DNA from: a virus
Taxonomy: Duplodnaviria > Caudoviricetes
DNA length: 64,000 nt
IMG/VR virus record: IMGVR_UViG_3300042914_002678
Direction: 5' to 3' (one strand)
Positions 1-7,228 of this stretch are shown here, piece after piece. Position numbers and translations under genes: made by a program. Each line of letters starts with the position of its first letter. Within the stretch, counting starts at the first letter, position 1. The notes beneath the pieces were generated by a model. The model saw nothing but the letters and a program-made list of their open reading frames with translations. It ran no database searches and was not told the origin of the DNA.

Positions 1-19
1 GCGGTTGAAAAAGTGTCAC

Positions 20-56
20 AAGGGGACTTTACAAGTCCCCTTTTTTCATATATACT
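20..56 (+). promoter_or_regulatory. Sigma70-type promoter with the -35 box inside a stem-loop
   Basis: TTTACA (28-33), 17 bp, TATACT (51-56). A 9-bp stem AAGGGGACT/AGTCCCCTT (20-42) is followed by a T-run, so it could also terminate upstream transcripts. Confidence 0.75.
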
Positions 57-77
57 ACTTTAAGAATATTAAATCCA

Positions 78-494
78 ATGAATCTCAAGGCAGTTTTACT
101 TGCTAGTTTGATTGCATCTCCAATCGCCGCTTTTGCACAACAAACTAATATCTACTCAGTTTGTACAAACTATCAAGAAAACTATACTCCTGGATATTAT
201 GACCAATACGGCAATTATGTTCAGGGTAGGGTGAATACTGAACGATACAATGTTCAGTGCGGAACTGGTACATATTATCGTCCAAATGGTGGGACAGTGT
301 ATCAGTCTCCAGTTTCTGCTCCTGTACCTCAACCTGGATACGGTAGGCGTTATTGCTCTCCTGCAAGAACCACTCTTGGTGGTCTTTTGGGTGGAGGAAT
401 TGCAGCTGCAGTTTCAAAGAAAGATGCTTGGAGTTGGGCAATTCCTTTGGGTGCAGTTCTTGGTAGTGGTGCAGCACAAGCAGGTTGCTATTGA
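78..494 (+). CDS. Secreted/membrane protein with signal peptide and C-terminal glycine-zipper-like region
   Basis: 138 aa. Hydrophobic N-terminus ending ...IAAFA; C-terminus TLGGLLGGGIAAAV...LGAVLGSGAA. Confidence 0.7.
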   Translation: MNLKAVLLASLIASPIAAFAQQTNIYSVCTNYQENYTPGYYDQYGNYVQGRVNTERYNVQCGTGTYYRPNGGTVYQSPVSAPVPQPGYGRRYCSPARTTLGGLLGGGIAAAVSKKDAWSWAIPLGAVLGSGAAQAGCY

Positions 495-519
495 CAACTC
501 TATCTTTTAATATTATACT
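491..519 (+). promoter_or_regulatory. Sigma70-type promoter
   Basis: TTGACA (491-496), 17 bp, TATACT (514-519). Confidence 0.8.
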
Positions 520-588
520 TTTAATAGTCCAAATCAGACGATGACTATAAACTCAAGTCCTACTTTCTAAACTCCACAGGAGAATACA

Positions 589-1533
589 ATGACAAGTTAC
601 ATTCAAGATCCAAAGTTAAAAACTTTGGCAGAAATTGCCGTGTCTCTTGGTAAAATTAAGTTTGCCAAAGGTGCAGTAGGAAAACAATTAAAACTAATTT
701 ATCTAAAAGTTTCACAACTTCGTGTAAGTTCAGACTATCAAAGGTTTATTCAAACTGCTACTCTGAAGAAAGCAAAGCAGTTTAATAACGAACTATGCCA
801 ACCTTTGTTTGTTGCCCTCCGTCCAGATGGTGTCTATGTGATTGTAGACGGACAACACAAAGCAATTATGGCATTTCTGGCAGAACTTCCAGAAGATTTT
901 GAAATCCCATGTTTTGTTTATATTCACGATAAAGATTCAACTCTTTCTGACTGTATTGCAAAGGAAGCAAAACTTTTTGAAGACCTGAATACCACTCGCA
1001 AAAATACAAGCACTCTTGATAAAGTTCGTGCTGGTCTTTCGTATGGTGATGAAGATTCCGTGCAGTTTGAGAACAACTTCATTGCTATTGGTGTTAAAGC
1101 AGAAGGAATCGGGTATAAGAACGGTCCAGAGGTGAATGGATTTGCGAAAGCAGTTGAATCTATCAATAAGTGGAAGATTAGCAACACCAAACAAGCAGTT
1201 GATTTTCTTTATCCCATTTACAACAATCAGTGGGGATGTGATTATATTGATGGGAGCATGATTGGTGGACTTGCTGGCATATTCAACTTGATTGACGCTC
1301 TTGGCAATGGTAAAAAAGCAGATGGTCTCCAAGGTTATCTAAAGAATAACTTTGCCAATGTTTCTAAAGCAAAATGGACTGAAAATACTAGGGGAAACTC
1401 TGATGTTCTGATTGCCAGAAAGATTGTCAAGAAGTATAATGATCTTGTAGAGCAAAATATGATTGATGGTGCCGTGATTGGTGAAGATATGCTCTCAAAC
1501 AACAAACTTGGAAGACTTGATGAAGTTTCATAA
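589..1533 (+). CDS. ParB/sulfiredoxin-superfamily (DGQHR/DndB-like) domain protein
   Basis: 314 aa. YQR motif followed by PLFVA...YVIVDGQHK; RBS GGAG upstream of the ATG. Confidence 0.6.
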   Translation: MTSYIQDPKLKTLAEIAVSLGKIKFAKGAVGKQLKLIYLKVSQLRVSSDYQRFIQTATLKKAKQFNNELCQPLFVALRPDGVYVIVDGQHKAIMAFLAELPEDFEIPCFVYIHDKDSTLSDCIAKEAKLFEDLNTTRKNTSTLDKVRAGLSYGDEDSVQFENNFIAIGVKAEGIGYKNGPEVNGFAKAVESINKWKISNTKQAVDFLYPIYNNQWGCDYIDGSMIGGLAGIFNLIDALGNGKKADGLQGYLKNNFANVSKAKWTENTRGNSDVLIARKIVKKYNDLVEQNMIDGAVIGEDMLSNNKLGRLDEVS

Positions 1534-1536
1534 TCT

Positions 1537-2394
1537 ATGAACAAACCTTTACTTAAATGGGCAGGAAACAAGTATAGGGTCCTGCCCTTTCTTATTCCAC
1601 ATATTGGTTACCCAAAGCGTTATTGTGAACCCTTTGGTGGTAGTCTTGCTGTTGCACTGAATACGCCAGCAGAGCAATACATTCTCAACGATGTGAATAA
1701 AGATTTGGTGGCAATCTACCAGAATCTGGTGAATCCAAATGATGATAATTTTATCAAGTATTGTCAAGAACTATTCACCTCAGAAAATAACACCAGAGAA
1801 GCATACATTGATTTGGTAAAACACTTCAATCAGGCAACAGATTCTGTAGAGAGAGCACGATTATTCATCTATCTAAATCGTCATTGCTTCAATGGTCTGT
1901 CAAGATACAACAAAAAGGGTGACTTTAATGTTCCCTATGGTAGAGAGTTTAAAGATAAAAAAACTGGAGAAAAATACATTCAAAGTGCTTATTTTCCTGA
2001 AGAAGAGATGATGAACTTTAGAATGTATTTTCTCACTAAACAACTGGTAAGGTTCACATCACTTTCTTTTGAAGATCCTTCACTTTATGAAGACCTAGAA
2101 GCGGGAGATGTTGTCTATTTTGACCCACCATATGTTCCTGCTTCAGATACTGCTAACTTTACAAGTTATGCTACTGATGGTTTTACTCACGACCAACAGG
2201 TTCAGTTGGCAAACTTAGCAGAATCTCTTGCTGCCAAAGGTATTAAAGTGATTGTGTCCAATCATAATACACCAGTCACACAAGAACTATACAAAAATGC
2301 TACAATCTATCCTATTCAGGTGACTAGAACTATTGCTGCAAATGGCAATAGTAGGAAGAAAGCAGATGAGTTAATCGCTGTGTATTCTTGTTAG
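1537..2394 (+). CDS. dam: DNA adenine methyltransferase (Dam family, alpha class)
   Basis: KPLLKWAGNK, EPFGG (motif I), DPPY (motif IV), and the SRYNKKGDFNVPYG target-recognition hairpin typical of EcoDam/T4Dam. Confidence 0.93.
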   Translation: MNKPLLKWAGNKYRVLPFLIPHIGYPKRYCEPFGGSLAVALNTPAEQYILNDVNKDLVAIYQNLVNPNDDNFIKYCQELFTSENNTREAYIDLVKHFNQATDSVERARLFIYLNRHCFNGLSRYNKKGDFNVPYGREFKDKKTGEKYIQSAYFPEEEMMNFRMYFLTKQLVRFTSLSFEDPSLYEDLEAGDVVYFDPPYVPASDTANFTSYATDGFTHDQQVQLANLAESLAAKGIKVIVSNHNTPVTQELYKNATIYPIQVTRTIAANGNSRKKADELIAVYSC

Positions 2395-2420
2395 GATCGT
2401 CTAAAGTGTCCTAGTAATGT
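2385..2420 (+). repeat. 36-bp junction repeat, copy 1 (5' end degenerate)
   Basis: TTCTTGTTAGGATCGTCTAAAGTGTCCTAGTAATGT; supplies the dam stop TAG (2392-2394). Confidence 0.9.
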
Positions 2421-2434
2421 AAGCACACAACACA

Positions 2435-2845
2435 ATGGCAACTCGCTCTCGCATCGGTCTTGAACTTTCTGATGGTTCTGTTCTTTCTGTGTATCATCAC
2501 TGGGACGGGATGCCTTCTTGGTTGGGTCGTATTCTCAAAACCCATTACAATAGCAAAGAACTTGTTGCTGAACTGATTGATGGTGGTGATATGAGTTCTG
2601 CCTGGACTAATGCTGGTTGGAATAATGAAACCCGCAAACAAGGTCCACTCTATTATACTGAGCGTGGTGATGAGTTTATTGCTCCTCGTCTTGATAAAGA
2701 TGCTGGTGAGTTTCTGACTAAAGATGCAGAGGAGTATGCCTATCTTTATACTCAAGATGAAGGTTGGTTGTGCTATGATACTTGTGATTGGCGCGATTCT
2801 TACCTTGAGAGCATTGAAATTCCCTCTGGAGCACTTGCTGTCTGA
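2435..2845 (+). CDS. Conserved phage hypothetical protein (HWDG motif)
   Basis: 136 aa. MATRSRIG...SVYHHWDGMP resembles a widespread phage family. Confidence 0.75.
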   Translation: MATRSRIGLELSDGSVLSVYHHWDGMPSWLGRILKTHYNSKELVAELIDGGDMSSAWTNAGWNNETRKQGPLYYTERGDEFIAPRLDKDAGEFLTKDAEEYAYLYTQDEGWLCYDTCDWRDSYLESIEIPSGALAV

Positions 2846-2848
2846 TCT

Positions 2849-3040
2849 ATGAAAACTTCTACTGCTCTTGGTGTTGTCTTCTTTGCAATCGTCATTGTTG
2901 TTGTTTCTGTTTTATTTGAAGCATGGTTGCTTGGACTGATTCTGTCTTGGTTTAATGTATCCTTGACCTTCTGGCAGAACCTTGCTATTGTGGTTCTTGC
3001 TAATATGATTTTCAAAAACTCTGGGGGTTCTTCCAAATGA
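2849..3040 (+). CDS. Small membrane protein
   Basis: 63 aa, two hydrophobic segments. Confidence 0.65.
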   Translation: MKTSTALGVVFFAIVIVVVSVLFEAWLLGLILSWFNVSLTFWQNLAIVVLANMIFKNSGGSSK

Positions 3041-3195
3041 ATCGCAAGTACATCGCCGTATTTGCAATAGGTTTTCTTGCCATTATTGGTTGGAATATCT
3101 TTCTAGTTCAACGCGATGATCGAATGTATGATGCTTACTATCGCACAAAAGCGATAGAAAACCTCAAACAACCTCCTAGTAATCAAATTAGGTGA
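3037..3195 (+). CDS. Small membrane protein (not in ORF track)
   Basis: 52 aa MNRKYIAVFAIGFLAIIGWNIFL...; ATGA overlap with the upstream gene. Confidence 0.65.
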   Translation: MNRKYIAVFAIGFLAIIGWNIFLVQRDDRMYDAYYRTKAIENLKQPPSNQIR

Positions 3196-3284
3196 TTTAC
3201 TTTCTTCTCATCTCTGCAGCATTTGGATGGTTCTTCTTCGTACTATTCTCCAAACACTTTGACTACCTAGATAAACGCAAATGA
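3192..3284 (+). CDS. Very small hydrophobic protein (not in ORF track)
   Basis: 30 aa, GTG start, MIYFLLISAAFGWFFFVLFSKHFDYLDKRK; 4-nt overlaps at both ends. Confidence 0.5.
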   Translation: MIYFLLISAAFGWFFFVLFSKHFDYLDKRK

Positions 3285-3418
3285 TTTCTAAACTCCTTCG
3301 TGAACTGATTATGAACGCTGAACGTGAAAAGATTGCCCGTGAGTTCTGGGAAGAGATTGAACGTGAAGCAGCAAAACTTGAGATTCCTGTAGACTACTAC
3401 CTCGCGGAGTTTTATTGA
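3281..3418 (+). CDS. Small hypothetical protein (not in ORF track)
   Basis: 45 aa ending AAKLEIPVDYYLAEFY; coupled overlaps at both ends. Confidence 0.6.
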   Translation: MISKLLRELIMNAEREKIAREFWEEIEREAAKLEIPVDYYLAEFY

Positions 3419-3540
3419 TGACTTTTATTCTTGGAGTTGGAGTTGGTGTTCTCATCACAGTGGGATTTGCACTTCTATCTGTTGCATCCGATGCTGATGA
3501 TGTGATTGGCAAAGATGACGAAAACTACTACAATAAATAA
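3418..3540 (+). CDS. Small membrane protein (not in ORF track)
   Basis: 40 aa MTFILGVGVGVLITVGFALL...; TGATG overlap. Confidence 0.55.
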   Translation: MTFILGVGVGVLITVGFALLSVASDADDVIGKDDENYYNK

Positions 3541-3574
3541 TAATGCCTGCGTTGGGTGCAATCTTCACAGGTAG

Positions 3575-3600
3575 AGGAGGGGCAGAGATGCTCCTTTTCT
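3575..3600 (+). terminator. Hairpin with GAGA (GNRA) loop and T-run upstream of the endonuclease
   Basis: AGGAGGGGCA-GAGA-TGCTCCTTTT (stem includes G-U pairs). Confidence 0.55.
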
Positions 3601-3602
3601 TG

Positions 3603-3610
3603 TATAAATA
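3603..3610 (+). promoter_or_regulatory. T4-type late promoter
   Basis: Exact TATAAATA, 25 nt before ATG 3636. Confidence 0.7.
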
Positions 3611-3635
3611 CTATTGCACCCAACAAAGAGCAGTT

Positions 3636-4337
3636 ATGACTAACAAAGGCAAAATTTATTGTGCCCATTGTATTTTTACTGGAAAGAAATACATAGGACA
3701 AACAAAACAAAAATTACTTTGCGATAGAATAGCAACTCATTTTGCAGATGCTAATAAAAATCATAGTAATGGTAAGTTTCAAAGAGCACTAAAAAAATAT
3801 GGAAGAAGTGGATTTATATGGGGAGTAATTGAAGAGTGTGATTTTGATACGTTAAATGATAAAGAAATCTATTGGATTGCAGAATACAAAACTGTAGAAA
3901 AGGGATATAATCTGTCTCCTGGTGGTGGGCAACCTCCAGAATATTTTTCTAAAGAATATTTGGTAGAAGAACCAAGTGGCAATAGAAAAGAAATTAAGAA
4001 TCTTTCGCAATATTCTAGGGAAAATAACTTAAATGCCGCACATATGCACGAAACACTTTATGGTAAAAGGTTGCACCATAAAGGATATAAACTTATACCA
4101 AGAACTGATGTAGAAATTGAAAGATATGAAAATGAAAGAAGTATAAGAGAGGATACTAGTAGAAAAGGAGCGCCTGGAGAAAAAAATGGTAGAGCGATAC
4201 TTGATTGGGACAAAGTTAATGAAATAAGAAAATTACATAATACCAAGAAATATAAAAATCAAGAAATATCAAATATGTTTGGAATTAAAAAAGTAACATT
4301 AGAAAAAATAGTCTCCAATAAACTGTGGACAGTTTAG
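3636..4337 (+). CDS. Free-standing GIY-YIG homing endonuclease (seg-like) with C-terminal HTH/NUMOD-like domains
   Basis: KIYCAH...KKYIGQT, LNDKEIYWI, GYNLSPGG; C-terminal GEKNGRAIL...EISNMFGI. Start moved from 3543 to the ATG after the late promoter. Confidence 0.88.
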   Translation: MTNKGKIYCAHCIFTGKKYIGQTKQKLLCDRIATHFADANKNHSNGKFQRALKKYGRSGFIWGVIEECDFDTLNDKEIYWIAEYKTVEKGYNLSPGGGQPPEYFSKEYLVEEPSGNRKEIKNLSQYSRENNLNAAHMHETLYGKRLHHKGYKLIPRTDVEIERYENERSIREDTSRKGAPGEKNGRAILDWDKVNEIRKLHNTKKYKNQEISNMFGIKKVTLEKIVSNKLWTV

Positions 4338-4377
4338 AAACCGAACACTTGACTTTTGCCCATAAAACTTTTATGAT
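4320..4377 (+). promoter_or_regulatory. Sigma70 promoter preceded by a GGACAGTT-type dyad motif
   Basis: AAACTGT-GG-ACAGTTT palindrome (4320-4335); TTGACT (4349-4354), 17 bp, TATGAT (4372-4377). Confidence 0.7.
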
Positions 4378-4392
4378 GTATCTGTTAAACAA

Positions 4393-4641
4393 ATGAGGTT
4401 AATGGCACAAAAGTTTCTCTATATCTTGGACTATTTCGTTCCACAGTTTCAATCGGAATATGGTGGATTGCTCAACGTAATCGCAGAAAATGATGAAGAA
4501 TGTTTTGATGTTGTTGTTGAATGGGATAATGAAACCTGGACAGAATACTACAGCAAACTACGAGAAAACATTGTAAAAGCACAACGCTTTCCTCTTCTTG
4601 AAAACGAAGAATCCCGAGTTGTTGAATCTTTTACCACCTGA
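4393..4641 (+). CDS. Hypothetical protein
   Basis: 82 aa ORF after the promoter; the true start may be the ATG at 4402. Confidence 0.7.
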   Translation: MRLMAQKFLYILDYFVPQFQSEYGGLLNVIAENDEECFDVVVEWDNETWTEYYSKLRENIVKAQRFPLLENEESRVVESFTT

Positions 4642-4802
4642 TGATTGAAACTTCAATAAATCGTCTTGAGTTTAACTTAAAACAGCAGTATCAAGAACGT
4701 ATTACTCATCTTCAGCAAAAGATTACGGAGCAACAACATGAAATCTTGCGACTCCAAGAGCAAATCAAATACATGTCAAAAGACAGATTTTACGATTGCT
4801 GA
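4641..4802 (+). CDS. Small coiled-coil protein (not in ORF track)
   Basis: 53 aa MIETSINRLEFNLKQQYQERITHLQQKITEQ...; TGATG overlap. Confidence 0.65.
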   Translation: MIETSINRLEFNLKQQYQERITHLQQKITEQQHEILRLQEQIKYMSKDRFYDC

Positions 4803-5073
4803 GTTTCCGCATCATCCGCCCGAAGGTTATAGTTATGAGTTTGAAGAGTTCAAGCGTGGTGTGGTCGCTGTTTGGTTGCGTTGCCATCGTAAGTTTGACT
4901 ACAATAATGGTGCCACAACTCGTACCATTTGGGGATTCTATAAATCCAAAACCAGAGAATACTTCGCCCCAGTCAATAGTAAGACCATCGGTGCTTGTGT
5001 AAATATCAAGGACACGCGGAACTATACCGCGATGCCGATTAAACTTTCACCACTAGAACTTGCATTTGTATGA
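4738..5073 (+). CDS. Hypothetical protein (start uncertain)
   Basis: 111-aa ORF. The first 18 codons overlap the upstream gene; there is an in-frame ACG at 4792. Confidence 0.65.
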   Translation: MKSCDSKSKSNTCQKTDFTIAEFPHHPPEGYSYEFEEFKRGVVAVWLRCHRKFDYNNGATTRTIWGFYKSKTREYFAPVNSKTIGACVNIKDTRNYTAMPIKLSPLELAFV

Positions 5074-5333
5074 CCTACGAACCACAAGTCAATGATTATG
5101 TAAAATGGACAAAAGGAGTTGAGGGTTGGGTTTACTTTAAGGATAAAGAATACATTACCATTGAGTATAGTGTTCGTCCTAAAGATGAAGTCAACCTTGA
5201 GTGCTGCCCTATCCATAAGAATGAGAGATTACTTGTGATTTGTTATAATGAGCAATGGAAAGAGTTGGAGTACATTACGTCACGAAAATCAATCTATGAA
5301 GAAACAGAAAAATGCTTGGCGATTGCTTGCTAA
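5070..5333 (+). CDS. Hypothetical protein
   Basis: 87 aa; ATGA overlap. Confidence 0.7.
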   Translation: MTYEPQVNDYVKWTKGVEGWVYFKDKEYITIEYSVRPKDEVNLECCPIHKNERLLVICYNEQWKELEYITSRKSIYEETEKCLAIAC

Positions 5334-5553
5334 AGCACTGGGAGAAAAAGCAAGTAAATGTGATAAAGAGGCGGATAGGGTTGCACTTATCCGCCTTGTG
5401 ATGTTTCTGTCTATTCTTATTACCAACTGTTTCATTGTTGCTAATGCTATCAGGCATTGGAATGATAAAACAGAAATCTATTTGATTATTGATGAGAATT
5501 ATGTGCCAAATAGTGGAGTATTAAAGTTAGGATCGTCTAAAGTGTCACTATAA
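5296..5553 (+). CDS. Small membrane protein
   Basis: MKKQKNAWRLLAKALGEK... with one TM segment; reads into repeat copy 2, which supplies its stop. Confidence 0.65.
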   Translation: MKKQKNAWRLLAKALGEKASKCDKEADRVALIRLVMFLSILITNCFIVANAIRHWNDKTEIYLIIDENYVPNSGVLKLGSSKVSL

Positions 5554-5556
5554 TGT
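5521..5556 (+). repeat. 36-bp junction repeat, copy 2
   Basis: TTAAAGTTAGGATCGTCTAAAGTGTCACTATAATGT. Confidence 0.95.
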
Positions 5557-5569
5557 AAGCACAGAATCT

Positions 5570-5704
5570 ATGGACTGCTACGACGACATCCAAATTGAAG
5601 AATTGCAAAACTTTGATTTCGTTGGAGAAGATTTGATTGATTTGATTGAAGAAAACAACGATTTCAACATCAAAGATTACATCAACGGCAACTACGATTA
5701 CTGA
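5570..5704 (+). CDS. Very acidic small protein (not in ORF track)
   Basis: 44 aa, 14 D/E versus 1 K. Confidence 0.6.
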   Translation: MDCYDDIQIEELQNFDFVGEDLIDLIEENNDFNIKDYINGNYDY

Positions 5705-5727
5705 GTGACAGTTTCCAAACTGTCCAC
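5705..5727. promoter_or_regulatory. Dyad motif GTGACAGTT-TCCA-AACTGTCCAC
   Basis: Imperfect inverted repeat in an intergenic position; the right arm matches the AAA(C/G)TGTCC block of the 36-bp repeat. Confidence 0.6.
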
Positions 5728-5768
5728 TAAATCACCCACACACCTCTTTAATCCTTTATTATTCTCAA

Positions 5769-5969
5769 ATGACTGAACACATCCCTAACGTGCTGTCTCA
5801 CATTCAAGAACTGAAAGAAACCTGGCGTCGTCAAGATTTCACGTTCACTAAACAGCAACAAGAAGAATACGATCTCTTGCTTGCTACTCGCCGCGAACGT
5901 GTTAAGCAATTCTATGCTGAGGGTCGCGTCTTTAAGGGTTCCTATAAAGCAAAGGAAGAGGACATCTAA
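5769..5969 (+). CDS. Hypothetical protein
   Basis: 66 aa ORF. Confidence 0.7.
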   Translation: MTEHIPNVLSHIQELKETWRRQDFTFTKQQQEEYDLLLATRRERVKQFYAEGRVFKGSYKAKEEDI

Positions 5970-5998
5970 ATACTAAAAAGTAGTGTTTAGATACTAAA

Positions 5999-6646
5999 AT
6001 GAAAACCTTTCAGGAGTTTATGTCTCTTTGTGAAGCATCTGATGCTGATACTGCAAAGCAACTTGGTTGGGGTGGTGGTGCATCTGTCACCCGCCAAGGT
6101 GAAGGTGGTAGAGTAGGAAGAGAGCGCAAAAAGTCTACTCCTGAAAGACGCAGAGTAAAACACGTTGGTGGTGGTAAAACTGAACCTGTAGATTACAAAC
6201 CACGCAAAGATATTGGTCAACAAAGACAACGTTCTGAGCGTGAACAACAACCAACACAAGAGCGTGGAAGTGCTAGAGAAAGACAACTAGCAGCAGCAAA
6301 AGAAGAAAGAAGAAAAGCAGCACAAGCAAGAGCAGCAGCAAAGAAAGGTGGTGGAGAAACACCTACAGCAGCAAAACCAAAAGCAAAAGAAGTAGCAAAG
6401 ACTGCTACTAAGTTACTTGCAACCAAGAAAGAAAAGAAACCAGTAAGTCCTGACTACAAACCAGCAAAAGCATCTGGTTTGTCTGCAAAAGAAAGAAACA
6501 AGCAGACTAGAGAAGGTGAAAGAATGTTGAGAGGTATAATGAAACAGCAAGAAACTGAGAAGTATAAGAAAGCAACTGGAGAATCGCCAAAAGGTAAAGC
6601 AAAGACCAAGATTCTCGCTCACGTTGAAAAGAGAATGGCAAATTGA
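5999..6646 (+). CDS. Basic low-complexity protein, candidate internal head protein
   Basis: 215 aa, K/R/A/E-rich. N-terminus MKTFQEF resembles the T4 capsid-targeting sequence; late-type TAAATA at 5967-5972. Confidence 0.6.
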   Translation: MKTFQEFMSLCEASDADTAKQLGWGGGASVTRQGEGGRVGRERKKSTPERRRVKHVGGGKTEPVDYKPRKDIGQQRQRSEREQQPTQERGSARERQLAAAKEERRKAAQARAAAKKGGGETPTAAKPKAKEVAKTATKLLATKKEKKPVSPDYKPAKASGLSAKERNKQTREGERMLRGIMKQQETEKYKKATGESPKGKAKTKILAHVEKRMAN

Positions 6647-6653
6647 GTTGCCA

Positions 6654-6689
6654 TTAAAGTTAGGATCGCTCAAAGTGTCCTAGTAGTAT
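6654..6689 (+). repeat. 36-bp junction repeat, copy 3
   Basis: TTAAAGTTAGGATCGCTCAAAGTGTCCTAGTAGTAT; ATG at 6688. Confidence 0.95.
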
Positions 6690-6909
6690 GACTGATGCCT
6701 TCGCTATGGACCGAATTGAAATCCAACGCAAACTCTATGATGCTCGCAATGAGTATCTGAAGGCAAAGAAGTCTATGGAGTTTTGGAAACGTGAAATCTC
6801 CTTCCTGAAAGAGTGTGAAGACAACCTCAAAAAAGGTCGCACTGGAGATTGGTTATTTGATGAAATGTTTGGCGATACTCCTATTGCTGAAGAAGTCTAC
6901 GGCGGTTGA
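6688..6909 (+). CDS. Hypothetical protein
   Basis: 73 aa; the ATG overlaps the end of the repeat (alternative ATG at 6706). Confidence 0.65.
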   Translation: MTDAFAMDRIEIQRKLYDARNEYLKAKKSMEFWKREISFLKECEDNLKKGRTGDWLFDEMFGDTPIAEEVYGG

Positions 6910-6920
6910 TTGACTGCTAC

Positions 6921-6953
6921 TAGCACCCTCTAGAATCGCCTAGAAGGGTGCTA
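6921..6953. other. Intergenic hairpin
   Basis: TAGCACCCT-CTAG-AATCGC-CTAG-A-AGGGTGCTA, 13-bp stem with a single bulge. Confidence 0.55.
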
Positions 6954-6986
6954 TTCTTGTCTTTAGATACCAAACCACTGAGAACA

Positions 6987-7184
6987 ATGAGTTACATTCA
7001 AATCCCTGATTTTGTGTTTGATAGCATCATCAACAACCTACAAAGAGGTTATGCTGTGTGTGATGCAGTAGACCATAACTCTGAAGAAATAGAGAAGTCA
7101 CCATCCTATGCAACTGGGTACAGTCGTGCTACAATAGCAAGTGTACTTGAAGACCTGAAGCGATACAAACAAACTGTGAATTAA
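6987..7184 (+). CDS. Hypothetical protein
   Basis: MSYIQIPDF...; the stop TAA is supplied by repeat copy 4. Confidence 0.65.
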   Translation: MSYIQIPDFVFDSIINNLQRGYAVCDAVDHNSEEIEKSPSYATGYSRATIASVLEDLKRYKQTVN

Positions 7185-7216
7185 AGTTAGGATCGTCCAA
7201 ACTGTCCCAATACTAG
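7181..7216 (+). repeat. 36-bp junction repeat, copy 4
   Basis: TTAAAGTTAGGATCGTCCAAACTGTCCCAATACTAG. Confidence 0.95.
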
Positions 7217-7228
7217 ATGATGATACCA

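Noticed and set aside
3543-3635. N-terminal extension of the GIY-YIG ORF given in the track
   Set aside because: It spans the hairpins and the late promoter; the GIY motif begins right after ATG 3636.
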